NCBI GenBank assembly: GCA_964658305.1 | Contig: OZ210885.1 | Location: forward strand, 744,001-808,000 | DNA: 64,000 bases | Source of the DNA: Leptogorgia sarmentosa | Lineage: Eukaryota | Direction: 5' to 3' | In this document: piece after piece, positions 1 through 13,400 of the stretch | Position numbering within the stretch: the stretch's first letter is position 1 | Layout of the letters: each line of letters opens with the position of its first letter | Notes under the pieces: generated by a model | The model's database searches: none | What the model saw: only the letters and a program-made list of their open reading frames with translations | What the model was told of the DNA's origin: nothing | Made by a program: the position numbers and the translations under genes

Positions 1-269
1 AACTAAAATCAATCAATTTTTGGAATTTTGGGAGAAACGAGAAATTCCGTGGAAACACGAGCATGAAGTGTGAGTGTTTCTACCCAATTTCGAGACTTTT
101 TATTTCTTAAATTAAAAAATCATTAAGGAATATTTCCTAATGATAAACGGAATGATCATACTAAATTTCATGTCGTATGTGTAAAGTCAGAAAACCTGGC
201 CTGTCTAAGGAAAACAAACTACAGGTTAAAAGAAAAAAAGAAAAATTTGAAATCGCCCTTTTGGTTTAT

Positions 270-847
270 ATACATTCTTTTTCGAAAAAGTTTTGAAATT
301 TATATTTTAAAAATCCAGGGGGATCTTTTCCAACAGAAAAGAAATGGCTAGCTTTGCGCAAGAAATTGTAAAATTTATTAAAAGTAATTTTCAGTTCATG
401 GACGGAAACTTTGTGGAATTTAAAGCCCTTCAAAACGTCGCTTAATTTACGCTTGTACCTAATTTGCATAATTATCCCAACTAGGTAATTAGGCATGCAA
501 AAGAGCTAATTATTTTAAAAAACAAAAAAAAGTTTGCGCAATGCTTTGAAGTGGTTAAACTCAATCAAATTTCCTGAAATTTTGAACAGCAATACAAAAC
601 TCAGCAGAGTTTCCGTCCATCAACTCAAAATTACTATTAAGCGTTCAAATTACGTGCGCAAACTACTTCTTATCTGTTGGAAAAGAAACTCACCCCTGTA
701 TTTTCAAAACTTAAATTTCAATTTTTTTTCCGTTTATTCTTCATAATAATTACCCAAGCAATGTATATACATCAAAAATGTCGCACCCCGAGTCGCTTGG
801 CGAAGTTACGAACGATTTCTAATCTGTTCACTTTAATACACCCTGTA
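270..847. mobile_element. Degenerate foldback/MITE-like DNA element
   Basis: 288-420 is an imperfect inverted repeat of 600-730 (e.g. gtaattttcagttcatggacggaaact vs agtttccgtccatcaactcaaaattac); ends in caccctgta. Confidence 0.45.
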
Positions 848-1172
848 TTATTAGTCATAAAATGTTCACATCTCTCCTCCCCCCAGTCCCCCAGTCTTTT
901 CAATATACAGTGTATAAACAATAAATGCCATTAAAAATTAAGCTCGCGAAGGGATTTTTTCATTGAGGGGGTGGGGAGTTGGCGAAGGCGTGAGTCTCTA
1001 TTGAGGGATCGTTAGACCCTATTGTGGAAAAATGTACTTCAATTCAAACCCACCTAAAAGTATTATATAAAACTTAACCCTATTTGACCATGCATGTGCA
1101 TTTATGTTAATTTTTGAAACATCGAACCGCATCATTGTTGGCTGATTTGAGAATTTCTTTGTGTGAATTAAG

Positions 1173-1427
1173 GGCGAGTGCGGGAAGGCGAAGAATTGTA
1201 TAGAAATTTAACTGATGATGATAACTTCAAGTGTCCACAAAACTTTGCTCCAGTCTTCTTTCAAGAGGCACTAGACTCTCTCGACCCTGCCTTAAGAGCG
1301 CAAGCTCAAATGGTGTGTGGCAATGACCTCACGTGTCTCTTCGATATTGCTGCAACAGGAAATGTTGCTCTTGGGGAATCAACTTTATCCGAAAGCACTG
1401 AAATTCAAAATGACATTACAATCCTAG
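1173..1427 (+). CDS. Gene A exon: Cys-containing region following VWD (WRVREGEE...VCGNDLTCLFDIAATG)
   Basis: C-x4-CLFD-x3-TG motif as in MUC4/SUSD2-type post-VWD regions; near-identical to 33869-34123, which directly follows the VWD exons of gene B. Confidence 0.85.
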
Positions 1428-4400
1428 GTGAGCAATACGCGATTTAAATTATAGTAATAAGCAAAAATAGGTTGGTCATCTTTCGCATCTGCATGATATC
1501 TAGTGTTAGTTTAGGTCAGTTCAGGAAATTTTGTAAATTGTAGGAATTATTAGAGATCCATCACTTACCTATTTGTATTAATTTTTTGTTGCTTTTTTTG
1601 TTAAATTTCATTTTAATTTATTTTAATTTCTCCCTCAGGGTGGCATAGCTTAGTATGATTATTGTTGTTGCTTCTTATCACATCCTCAATGTATATAATT
1701 AATTGTTTTAATTCTTATATTATTAGTTTACCCTATTTTTTACATATATTTATTTTCACAAATATTTTACAGCGTAAAATTGATCCAATTCAATTAAATT
1801 ACTAATCGGTACTCATCCTGTTTACAACTGTGTACTCTACTAAGACTATCTACATTTACACTTAAGAAATTATTTAATTCCTCCTATAAACCACGGTTTG
1901 ACATGCATGTAATTAAAAAGATTTTAAGAATATGAACTCCACTCTTTGCATATACCATACTTTACTCAGAGTAACCAGCAGGACATGAACGATATCTTTC
2001 TTGCTACCCCTTGACCACACAAGCTCAGTGTTGAATATTGAAATTAATTGAAAATAAAGTCAAAAGTTCAATCCCTTTTCTTCCTTCCCTTCATTCTTTC
2101 TTAGAGAACAACGTACCTGTTTTTACCGAGAACATCACTGTGATCAATGTGACTTTGGGGGAGACGTTTGTATTGCGTTTAGACGCAACTGATGCTGATG
2201 GTGACCCACTGACCTTCGATGTTCCAAATCTTCCACCAAATGCGATGTTCAATTCAACAGGAAACATTCTTTATTTCTCCTGGAATGTAATTTCCGCAAA
2301 GGAGGTACTGATGTAATTTTTGGAAAAGGAAGGAAAATTTTCATTATTAAAATCTATAGCAACTAATAAAAATGTTCGATTATTGAATTTTTTAGACAAA
2401 CATTACGTTTTTAGTTCAAGATACAAGAAATGGTAGCTCCACATTCTCTCCTTCCATCACGCTTTGCCGTTGTGTCAATGGCGGCGAGTGTTTTGTTCCA
2501 GAAGCAACATCAGCGGAAACCGCAGCAGCAGTTTCTGCGTTTCTTGTAATGTCGTGTAATTGTCCAGTTGGTCGAACAGGGGAGTTTTGTGAAGCTGAAA
2601 ACGATTTTTGTCAAGGAGAAACGACTCCGCCATGTTTTCCTCTTGTTACTTGTACCAATAGTCCAACAAATTTCACGTGCGGTCCATGTCCCACTGGTTA
2701 TGAAGGAGATGGGATCACTTGCACAGGTATAAAAGAGACTTGATTTACTTTCGAATGTTCGATTTATATAATTATTATAGTTCATTTCCAAGCTTACATT
2801 TTAGGAATTTCGCTGCATAGTAATGCGTAAAATTAGTTATGTACAAAGATGTAGTTTCCTTCTCTTTTTGGGGCCTCGTAGAAATACTTTTGCACTCAAC
2901 AAAACTCACAGAGGAAGGCAAAAATTTGGCATTTTGCAATGCTTGGGCTGGCTAACAGTTTCGTAAAATATAAAAATACACAATATTCAAAGACAGTATA
3001 TTTGAAAATATATTGACCAGCATGCCTGAAAGTTTGGACTTTAAACCTGCGCTTAGCGGCCACGGTATTCCATAACAATGAAAAATCATAGAATTTGATC
3101 GAAAAGAAGAAAAGAAATCGAAAATCATACAACAGCATTCTGTGTACTGTGGAGCGAAATCAAGTTGCTTCAGATAATTAAATTTGAACGATTTTCCTAT
3201 ATAGGCCTAATAAACATTCGACTTGCTTAATTCTTTATTGAACCTATTTATTCAGTATAAAATAACCATAAAACATAGAGATGTCGTATAAAAAATGTTT
3301 GTAGGAAGACCTTTTGGTATATGCAGTTGTCGTGACCAGTGGATCGATTTGCTTTGTGCATTTTGGCAAAAAATAATTTTATCAACCTGGGGCCGGTTAT
3401 ATCATTTAGCTTAAACGGTGGATAAGCAAAATTTTAAAAACACTCCTATTCATTGTGCATGTAAATAATTGACCTGAATTTTATCAAATAATATTGTAGT
3501 TCCATGCAAAGTTGTTATGTTTAGACACAAAAGTTTGCTGGTAGTCAATAGTTCATAATTTTGTTTGATATTTTTTACTTACAGTATCCACCGTTTAAGC
3601 TAAACGGCTTTGATACAACCAGGTGATACAACCGGCCCCTGAACGTGAAGTGTGCGTGAGTGGAACATACGTGTCGAAAATACTTTCGTAATTTTGAAAA
3701 CTGGTTTACCTTATGCATACTTTACGATTTCTTAACCTCTTCAAATTTTAATGCTTTGTTTGTCGTGCATTGCTTTTTTTGGAGAATACGCAAGTAAGCT
3801 AAACGGAAGCCTCGGTAACTTTAAGCTCTTCGAGCGAGCAATAAAGGGGTCGCTTTCTATAAAATAGCAGATAATGCGCCATGCAGTTCACTGTTCACAA
3901 TTCGGCAGCTAAGTGTACATTTGAGAAGGAGTTTTATTTGAGACAAAGGAGTTGGTTAGAATTTGTATTTTATTAGAAAACCTACTTAAATTTGTGTCTT
4001 TGTTAGATCTTCTGTTTCGGCATTTTCTTGTTTTGAGAGTACTAAACTTCCCTTATGCATCAAAACAATGTGATTATGTGAAGTGTAAACAAAAAATGTA
4101 AATGTTCCTGTATTTGCTGACTTTCCAACGTGCAACTGATAATAATTTTATTTAAATTACCAGTCATATTTCTTTTAGATATTAATGAATGCAGCAGTAA
4201 CGCTACCAATGAATGTGATCAAATGTGTACGAATACTGATGGCTCTTATCTTTGTACATGTGGCAATGGTTTTTCTTTGGATCAGAATGGAAAAGTTTGT
4301 AATGGTATGTCAGTTTATCAGTAGAGATAATTAATAGACATAGCAAGGACGAAACTTACCAACTGATGTCTTAGACATGTGTTGGTCACTTTACTGTACA

Positions 4401-7400
4401 AAAACGTTAACCTTTCAAGGGTGAGGCCGCTGATCAGCAGAAAAACGTGAACGCGTATGAAGCAAAGTGCCAAAATCCTTCGTCAGGAAACTTTTCCTAT
4501 AAAAGGCTATAAAAGCTTTCTTTCCAAACTTCGAACTTAGTTGAGTTTACACATGTGTAGTTTCATGATATTATATAAATGGAAATATGTAGAGGGTACT
4601 ACACGGTGGTGCAAAGATATGAATTTTATCTTCGACTGGTGAAAGCAATATTTTACGAATGCGCGCAGCGAATGAATAAAATATCATTTTATCACGAGAA
4701 TAAAAAATTCATATCTTCAAACCGCCGTGTAATTTTCTATCTATTATATAGTCGGAAAGCCCACACAGTAAAAAGAAAAGGGCCATTTTGGCCCCATGGG
4801 GCCGTTTTGGATTTTCAAAGTGCGAGCCAATTTGGCGCTACTATAGGGTCAAAACAAAAAATAGGGGCCATTTTGGCCCAATCATGGGGCCGTTTCGGTT
4901 CCGATGTCCGAGCCATTTTGGCCCTATTGTAGTGCCAAAACAGCCAACAAGGGCCGTTTTGGCCCAATGGGGCCGTTATGGCTATTTCTAGGGCGAGCCA
5001 TTTTGGCCTTAGTATGGAGCCAAATCGGACGCAAGTGCCGTTTTGCATATAGAGCCAAAACATTTTTATATGGTTATATGCAGGGCGGTTCTGTTTAATA
5101 ATACTGAAGAACTGTTTTCGCTTAGTTGTTATCCAAATATCCTGTATGTATGTTTTGTCGGCAATATTAATTTTTGATCGATAATGCTGTATTTTTCAAC
5201 TAGTTGCATCAAATTATCTAAATTCAATGAATACCTGGTCATCGTTTTAGTGTTTTCTTGTAGCATTTGCATTTTCCGAACACAAATATGCTGCTTTTTC
5301 ATAGAACAAAAACAAATTGGTTCGCTGCTCGTAGACAAACGTCGCTATTTTTGAAACAAATTTATTGGCGCAAATTGCGATTGTCAATTGGCGTGATTGA
5401 CATCTTCATCAGTGAAGATATGGAAAATATCTCACTGTGTAGTTTTCGGTATCTCACTGTCTACTATATAATAAAATTGTGTATAGCTACTTTGAATTGT
5501 GCTATAATATAGCAACATTGTTGACGCAGCATTCAAGCAAAAACGGGAATGGAAAAAAAGACGAGAGAAAATGTAAATTCCATCAGGGCTTCTCTCTTAG
5601 TACTGAAAAGTTACTTTCAATTATTATGGCAAAAATAATTGTTCTCTCATTATTTTTTCTCTCAAAAATTTTTTCATTGCTCCAAAACTCTATGTCTGGT
5701 CTTGTTGATGTTTCCTGAATTTTTCAGATGTCGACGAATGTAATGGGGCAGATGACTGCGATCAACTGTGTAACAACACAATTGGGTCATACGAGTGCTA
5801 TTGCAGAATCGGGTTCAAAATCAACGAAACTGACATGACAAGATGTGAAGGTAATTGACTATTTCAAGATAATATAATACCAAAAATGATCTATAGGAAA
5901 ATCAAGTTAGTTGTTAGTTGACTGTAAATACTGACAATCCTCCTTGTGACGTGAAACCGAATTCAAATATTATTAAATGAAATGTTAATTAAAAAATTAT
6001 CAAAGCATGATAAAAAAAATAATTACGAGAAAAAAACGACTTATTATAGGTACAATAATTTAATTACAGAATAAAAATTTAGCCATAGAGTGTATTCGTG
6101 GATATGTGTAATTTCACGTAACCAATTATCATGAGAATATTCATTGAAACGACTTTCAATAAGTAAAAAATATTTTTTAGCTCTACTCGAATGTCCAAGA
6201 GAAAATGTATGCTCCGGGGAAAATGTGATTTGTTATATGGATATGTTGGACCCTGGGGTAGAAAAGTGTACTTGCCGTGCAGGATATGAACTTCAAGAGG
6301 ATCAGAGATCTTGTGCAGGTTTGTACATTAAACAATAGAGACCTTAAGATTGACGTTTTCTCTCGTTTCCCGCAAACGACAAACTTCAACTCGAGGTTTG
6401 CGGTTCGACGTTTGAGGGATGATATTTTCAAGATTTAAGATTGGCGTACTAAAGAAATCCGAGATGGCTTCCTCGTCCAGAAATCATAAGCAAACTTGGG
6501 TTTATGAAATATACATAATAATGTGATTTTTGGTTTACCATAAAACATTCTTTAAATAGCTAAGATGTTAAAGAGATTAAATTTATATCTTAAACATGAC
6601 ATTATATAATTTTAATGGTGTAAAAATGTTGCCGTAAGTCACCAACCTCAAGAACGCCTTCTTCCAGTAAAAACGGGAACCTCAAACCTCAGACGGACGG
6701 CAGGAGTTAAGTCACGTGACTTTTTGCGGTTCGCGGGAAACGAGAGAAAACGTCAATCTTAAGGTCTCTAATTATTGGATTCTTTGACCCTAAGACGGCC
6801 CGAACCCTAATCAGCCCTAACCCGGTCCTATAACCTTAAGATAACGGCAGATAACACAAACCGAACGTAACATAAACCAAATTCAATAATTGTTTTATTA
6901 GTTATTTCTATTTTGATCGGACTTAGGGTAAACGCTTGTGTTGTGAACAGGGTGAATTTTTCTGGGAGGAACCTTTCTTTCGTCCTAATGTCGCATATGT
7001 TTGATTTCATGCTCATGCACAAATCTTAACCAAACAGAACTGTTAAATTATTTTCAATAAATAATAAATACTATTATTATTTATTTAAAATAATTCAAAG
7101 GTTTTAATTGGTTAAGAGCAGTGGGTGAATTCGTCATATCTGCTCGATAAAACACATATACGACATTATGACGTAATCATGTCGTATATTGAAAATTATA
7201 TGACATTATGACGTCGACTAATTTATGCTGCTTATGTTAAAAGCGGTGAAAAATACACGTTCTTGTTTACAACGCAACCGTTTACACTAAGTCGGGTAAT
7301 AGTTATGTAGTTAAATGTTTCTAAAAAGAGGTCGAGATTTTCGTCAAGTTATGGTTGAGAGTATAAAATCAGAGATCAGTATTGAATAAAAAAATATCAG

Positions 7401-10400
7401 TCTGGAACATTGAACTAAAAATAATTTAGCGTTATTTTTAGTTCAATGATCTGGAAACGATTCGAAAATTATTGTTTATTAGTTATGGTGAAATGGATAA
7501 CCATGCAGTGTTAAAGCCAATTAAACTCCAGCATTGGCAACTGTATGAGCAAGAAAATTTAACTACGTTATAGTTAAACATTTAGCGATCAGTGTTGCTA
7601 TTTAATTATCCAATATACAACTATCTATTTTACTGCCTTCGGAGGAAGCACTTGTTATGGCTGTGTACTTTCTTCGGCTCGTTGTCAATATTTAAACATT
7701 AAAACAATCTAAATTTATAGCGTTTGTCTATATACTGATCTGAAAACTCATCATATGATACTATACTACTTTAATCCTTTTCCCCAACTTAAACTTCCAG
7801 TAAGACAACACGCACATTATAATCCTTACGTTTGCTTAATACGTTGTTTCATCACTAGTCTCAAAGAATTTGTAAAAAGGCAGGTCACGTTCCTTATAAG
7901 TTGAGAATTCAGTGATAAACTCGATCGTTATTTCAAAATTTTCCCATGTGGCAAGTCCGAGAATCTTGGGAACAAAACAAACAAGTTTGCTGTTTATTTA
8001 ATGAACTTGTTTAATTATTAAAACATCTTTGATTCGCTCATTTTTAGACATCAATGAATGTGCAACAACCGAAAGCAATCTATGTGATCAGATCTGCACC
8101 GACGTAGACGGAGGTTATACCTGCTCCTGTAGGGAAGGATTTGTTAGCAGCAGTGACACAGCTTGTCAAGGTTTTGTATTTTATTCATTTGTAGCATTAA
8201 TATGTTAAGTATACGTGATTCATCTTTAACGTTCCAGATTACCAGTTGACATTTCTGTTCATTAGAAAGTCTAGAAAATTGCACTAGTAGAAAATTAGAG
8301 CGAAATTTGCAATAATAAACAGCTGACCTTAACATTAATAAAAAGGCTGCTGAATAAAATTGTGGTCTATTATATGTTCAATTTTCGCGTGAGTGAGGTA
8401 TGGTATTGTAGAAATTGATACACCAGGCGTAGTTTAAAAATGAATATTGAAGCCAGCAAATAATGTTAATACCAAACATATTATAACAACAATTATTAGC
8501 CAATTTATTTGCTAACATTTCGTAATAAACACGTTAAATTATCAGGGGTCGGTTGTTCGTAGCCTGTTTAGCCTAAACGGCGGATAAGTCAATTTTAAAT
8601 TGCACTCCCAATCGCCTTGTGAGTAAATGAACATAAATTTTAAGCACTAAATATATAGTTGTATACATAAATGTTCCTTTCCGATTGAAGATTTTATTTT
8701 TATCGTTCAATGAATACATAGTCTTGTTTGATATTCTGGACTTATCCGCCGTTTAAGCTAAACGGCGTACGAACAACCGGCCCCAGAAATACAGTTGTGC
8801 CTCGTATAATAAATTCCTTATTGAATGGTTTGACATGCAATACGGCCTGGTATTTTACTCGTTTCTCGCATTTTTCTATGAAACTCGTAAAATACCAGGC
8901 CGTATTGCATGTCAAACCATTCAATAAGCTATATGTATATTATTAATTTTGTTATATGTGTGGTATTAAAATTATTGTGAGGTATAGTTTTTATACTAAA
9001 AGGGATATCTCACTTTGACCATAAATTAATATACTAATTTATTTTGACGAACTTCTTTTACTATTTTAATTTCCAACTCAACTTCTCTTTTAACCTGTTA
9101 CTGTAGACATAGACGAGTGTTTTGAAGGGAACTTCACTTGCTCTGGCGTTGAAGAATGTGAGAATCTCGCTGGAAGTTACAGGTGTTTGTGTCCAGAGAG
9201 GCTCAACATGGTCAGAGTCAATGGAACGTGTGAATGTAAGTGCTGCATGTAAATTAATTGGGGACAGTTTTCAAGTTGAATGTATCAGCGCCATTGAGCT
9301 ACCTACCATTGAGCTGTCCATCTGAAGACGGATCGTTACTTAAGGAGTACGTTTGATGTGGTAAATGGCTACAGTACTGACTTTCATGAGTTGCAAGTAT
9401 CTACATTGTTGTATGGGGTTATTAAAACTACCAAATCAAAGGTCGTTTAGGTCACTTAAAAATTCAGTTCAAGTTATTCCAACATCAAAATAATATTCGT
9501 TATCAAATAACGAATTGACTGTGAAAGTTCATTTTGATTCAGTAACGTTCTATAATACTGCAAATGTTCGCATGAATTTATGTGTTTGTAAATTTACTTT
9601 GGGCATGTTGATTTTGCCTTGTCATAAGACAACGATCTGTCTTTGGCATCAGGGACAACTAAATTTGTATATTATGCAACTTTGTGGATTTCGGTCTTTG
9701 AGGTGAGCCCATATTCCCGTATTTTCTGTCGAAGGATTTGTGTGTTTTAGATAGCTAGGCCATGTGCTCTGGCTGAATTGTCCATAAATATTGTTGGGAA
9801 GAAAACAAAATTGTGTTAGGGATGAAACGATGTGGAGTTTCTTGAATTAATGATACACTGCCTACATTTTGAATTCAGCAACCACCAAGCCTGAGGCGAC
9901 TAACTGTTTTAATATAAATTATATTTTTAAGCCTTAAATTATATCCTTTTATCCCATAATTATTTGTGCACTTTTTGAACTGTTGTTTACATCATAGCGT
10001 CAAAAACCTAGCTAAACAGGAAATTTGCATGGGACCAAGTTTGTTCTTTGTTGCATGTAATAACACTTTCAATATCTTCATTTATGATTGGTATTTCGTA
10101 TGATTGGTATTTTGTAATTATTGACCTCTCTAGAGGTGGCCATCGCCTAAAAGTGGGGCTTTTTTGACAAATCAGATTGCATGCAGGAAATGTTCTATTC
10201 GCATGAATTTATATACCAACTTGATAGGTCAAACAGAGTTAACCCTCTTTAAAATTCTCTCCACCAGTTAAAGACGAAGATACTGTAGAGGATATGGCAG
10301 ATCCTCCGCAAAATGCGACACAAGAACAGGAGGATAACTCTATTGAAATAACTTTGAAGAATTTTCAAAGTGAAAGCGTGAGTTTTTTATGTTTTAGAAT

Positions 10401-13400
10401 CTGTATAATTGTAGATACCTAATTTTCGTCTTTCGTCATATCTGAGAAAGACATTTCATACCTATATTGGAATTTGGCCGGCAAAACGTGAAATCGGAAA
10501 AAAAACATTTGTCTCAGCTGCATGACATTATAATATCTTTCATTTTTGCTCATCCAAAGTTATTTATCTTTCAGACAACCAGACCTTAACGCTTATCATT
10601 TTTTTTTAATTTTAGTACACCGTGGATGCTAACATCAAGTTTATAGATTCAGTTGTTCAAATAGTTAACGAGTTTTGTAATGAAAACAGATTTCGACCTC
10701 AAGATTGCGGCGTTTCCCAGTAAGTCAGAATAATTTTTTATGCTATCACGTTGCACTCATCGACCAATTTTTTTATATTTTATCACGTGACAGGAATACT
10801 AAAGTAAGTTAATTAATAGATGTGAAATTGTGATGCACGGGGCAATAATTTATTTTATACGTTTACAAAAATTTTAGTTGCTACTTTTGATGTGAGATAT
10901 ATGATGTGACATGATTGGAGTTACACCAATTTCAATGGCATGGACAAATCTATCGATCAATGTGTTAAAATAAAAAAAAATTAAGATATAGTATTAAATT
11001 ACGGGTCGAATGTTTTCCCACAAAAATATTTAGGTGATGTTTTCTACGACAAATATTAGATGAATTGCTTGGCATGAATTCTGTGCCTAATTTCATTCAA
11101 AAGTAACTCATGCGACGTATTTTAAGGCACTACTTTTCTTAATTCAACATACTGTATATACATAGTATTTACCGAATACCGACACATATTTTCTTTACTG
11201 ATAGAAACGAAATCTTATTCAACCAATTAAACGTGGAACGCCTGCCAGGCTATCCCCAAAACAGCGGTGTCAACACAACAATCAAGTTCTACGTTGATTA
11301 TCCAGAAATTGTAAGAACAGGATCACTTCCGAAAACAACACTGGCATCCATAGTGTTTGCCAAATTAGAGAGATTTCAAAATCTCACTGGTTATTGTATT
11401 ATTCTCAATACTCCTGTAACCCCAGACGCCCCGGCAGATCCAACTGATGATCAAAGAGATAACGCAATCGTGTTACAAATAATTGGCTTCAGTGAAGCTC
11501 AGGTATTAGCTATATCTGACACAGATTTTAGTAAAATATTATTCCGCACAGTTACACTAATGATCCATGCAACCAAAAACTTAAATTTGTGCCACGTGTC
11601 CAATAATTAAGATTTTCTGGCAAGAACCATGTCACTAGGAAAGTTCAGTGTCTCTCGGTTTTCCTCTGGGGGAAGGTCTTCGAATTTTGAAATATTCTGA
11701 ACGGGATATTGGACTTTTGAAATATCCTTCTTGTACCCAGTTTGCCAGTAGGCCGAGGGATATTTTGAATTCGAATTGTTAATAACTAATTTTTCCCTAA
11801 CACACTATAAAACACATCTAGCCAGATCATGTCAGCAAAAGAAATTCCGACAATGGAGAAAGTCTTTATCCACAAAAACGATCATTGGGTTTACGTATTT
11901 ACATACACAACCTGATTTATCATTTTTCTTTCTTTTCTTTCTTGCAGTGGACAATAAGTTATGATAACATATTCCGTCGTTCAGTCGCTCTTAGTCTGAC
12001 AAGATACTGCAACATTGAGAATGACGACTACCCTCGTACCCGGGACTGTGAATTCTCAGGGTTAGTGTGTTGCTGTTTTTTCTATGTGGTTATAAAGTGT
12101 TTGATTTTATCCCGTCATGAAAAGTTCAATAGAGCTCAAAAATTATACCTGATGATGTTTTGTTTCGCTGCTTGATCACAACTACCGGCGCGTGCGCAAC
12201 AATACACGATCATAGACAATTTATTATTATGCCTTCACTAAAATGAAAGGTGTCGAATATTTCCCTCGTGTGCTCAGAGGAAAGGCATCAGCTTCATCAG
12301 CGACGCGATATCCACACCTCCAACAACTGACCCCAAGGTGCCGGTAACAGCCGGTTGTTCGTAGCCGATGCATTTAGCTAATTAAACAGTGAATAAGTCA
12401 AAAATTTAAAATACACTTCCTTTCATCTTGTGAATACCTGAACATGAATTATACAAGTGTTCTGTTCCGATTGAAAATTTTTATTATGATGCATATGGTT
12501 CTCATTGAACACATGAACTTGTTTATATTTTGGACTTATCCACCGTTTAGGTTAATTAATGACATAGTGCATTTAAATTGCTATAGCTTAATGCAAAGTT
12601 GAAGCTCTTTCATTTATTATAATAAAATCTTATATAAAACTTTTCAGGTCGGTGACAAGCTATAACCTCACTCATGTTGCACGACTTCCTGGATATCCCA
12701 AAGACGCTGCATCGAATATTGTTAACGTTTCGTTTTATGTCACAAACCCGAGTACATCAACTCCAGTTCCACGAAAAGTACTTGCATCAATGTTGCTCAC
12801 TCAGGAGTCAATTTTAGAGAACGCGCTTTCTCAGCAAGTAGTATTACAAACCTTTGCTGGACCAGATACTCCACCAGTAGCAAGCAGTGAGCAAATTACT
12901 AACAGTGTTGTAATTCGAATATCGTCATTTTCACGAGAACAGGTATAGTATAAATTTGATACTTTGATTGATCATTTATATTAATTTATTTCTCGCGTGC
13001 GCTTTGACTGTTAACTATTAAGTTTATCTCGAATGATGCGCCGAATCTGTTAAATTCCCTGCTTGAATGCCTTTTTTTCGTTTTCGTTACAGTGGACATA
13101 TCTGAATGATCGCCGTTTAAGAAGAGCAATATCAAATCGGATTACGAACTTCTGTAACCAAACTAGCCAACGTCGTCTCGATTGCCAAATCACAGGGTAA
13201 AATATAATAATACTGATATACGGCCTGCGCATGCGTAATGGATGATCAACATGAACAAGCAGCGCACGTTTCCTTTCTCCTCAAAGACCCTTTCCACTTA
13301 TTCATGACGAATGGATTTTGAATATTTTTAGCGTTTCCCACGTTCTTCGGGACGTTACATCACGTCATATATATAGCATCTTATAATTATATACAATTTT

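Noticed and set aside
266..934. Short ORFs on both strands with mutually similar text (KVSVHELKIT / RVSVHQLKIT)
   Set aside because: They result from the inverted arms of a foldback element; no splice or domain support
4579..5098. Overlapping ORFs rich in GAILA/GPFWP, and possible CRISPR-like spacing of the ggggccattttggccc motif
   Set aside because: Translation of a degenerate repeat inside an intronic transposon; repeats are inexact and irregularly spaced, the context is eukaryotic and no cas genes are present
8728..8946. ORFs on both strands with the same peptide (NGLTCNTAWYFT)
   Set aside because: Artefact of the 42-bp perfect palindrome
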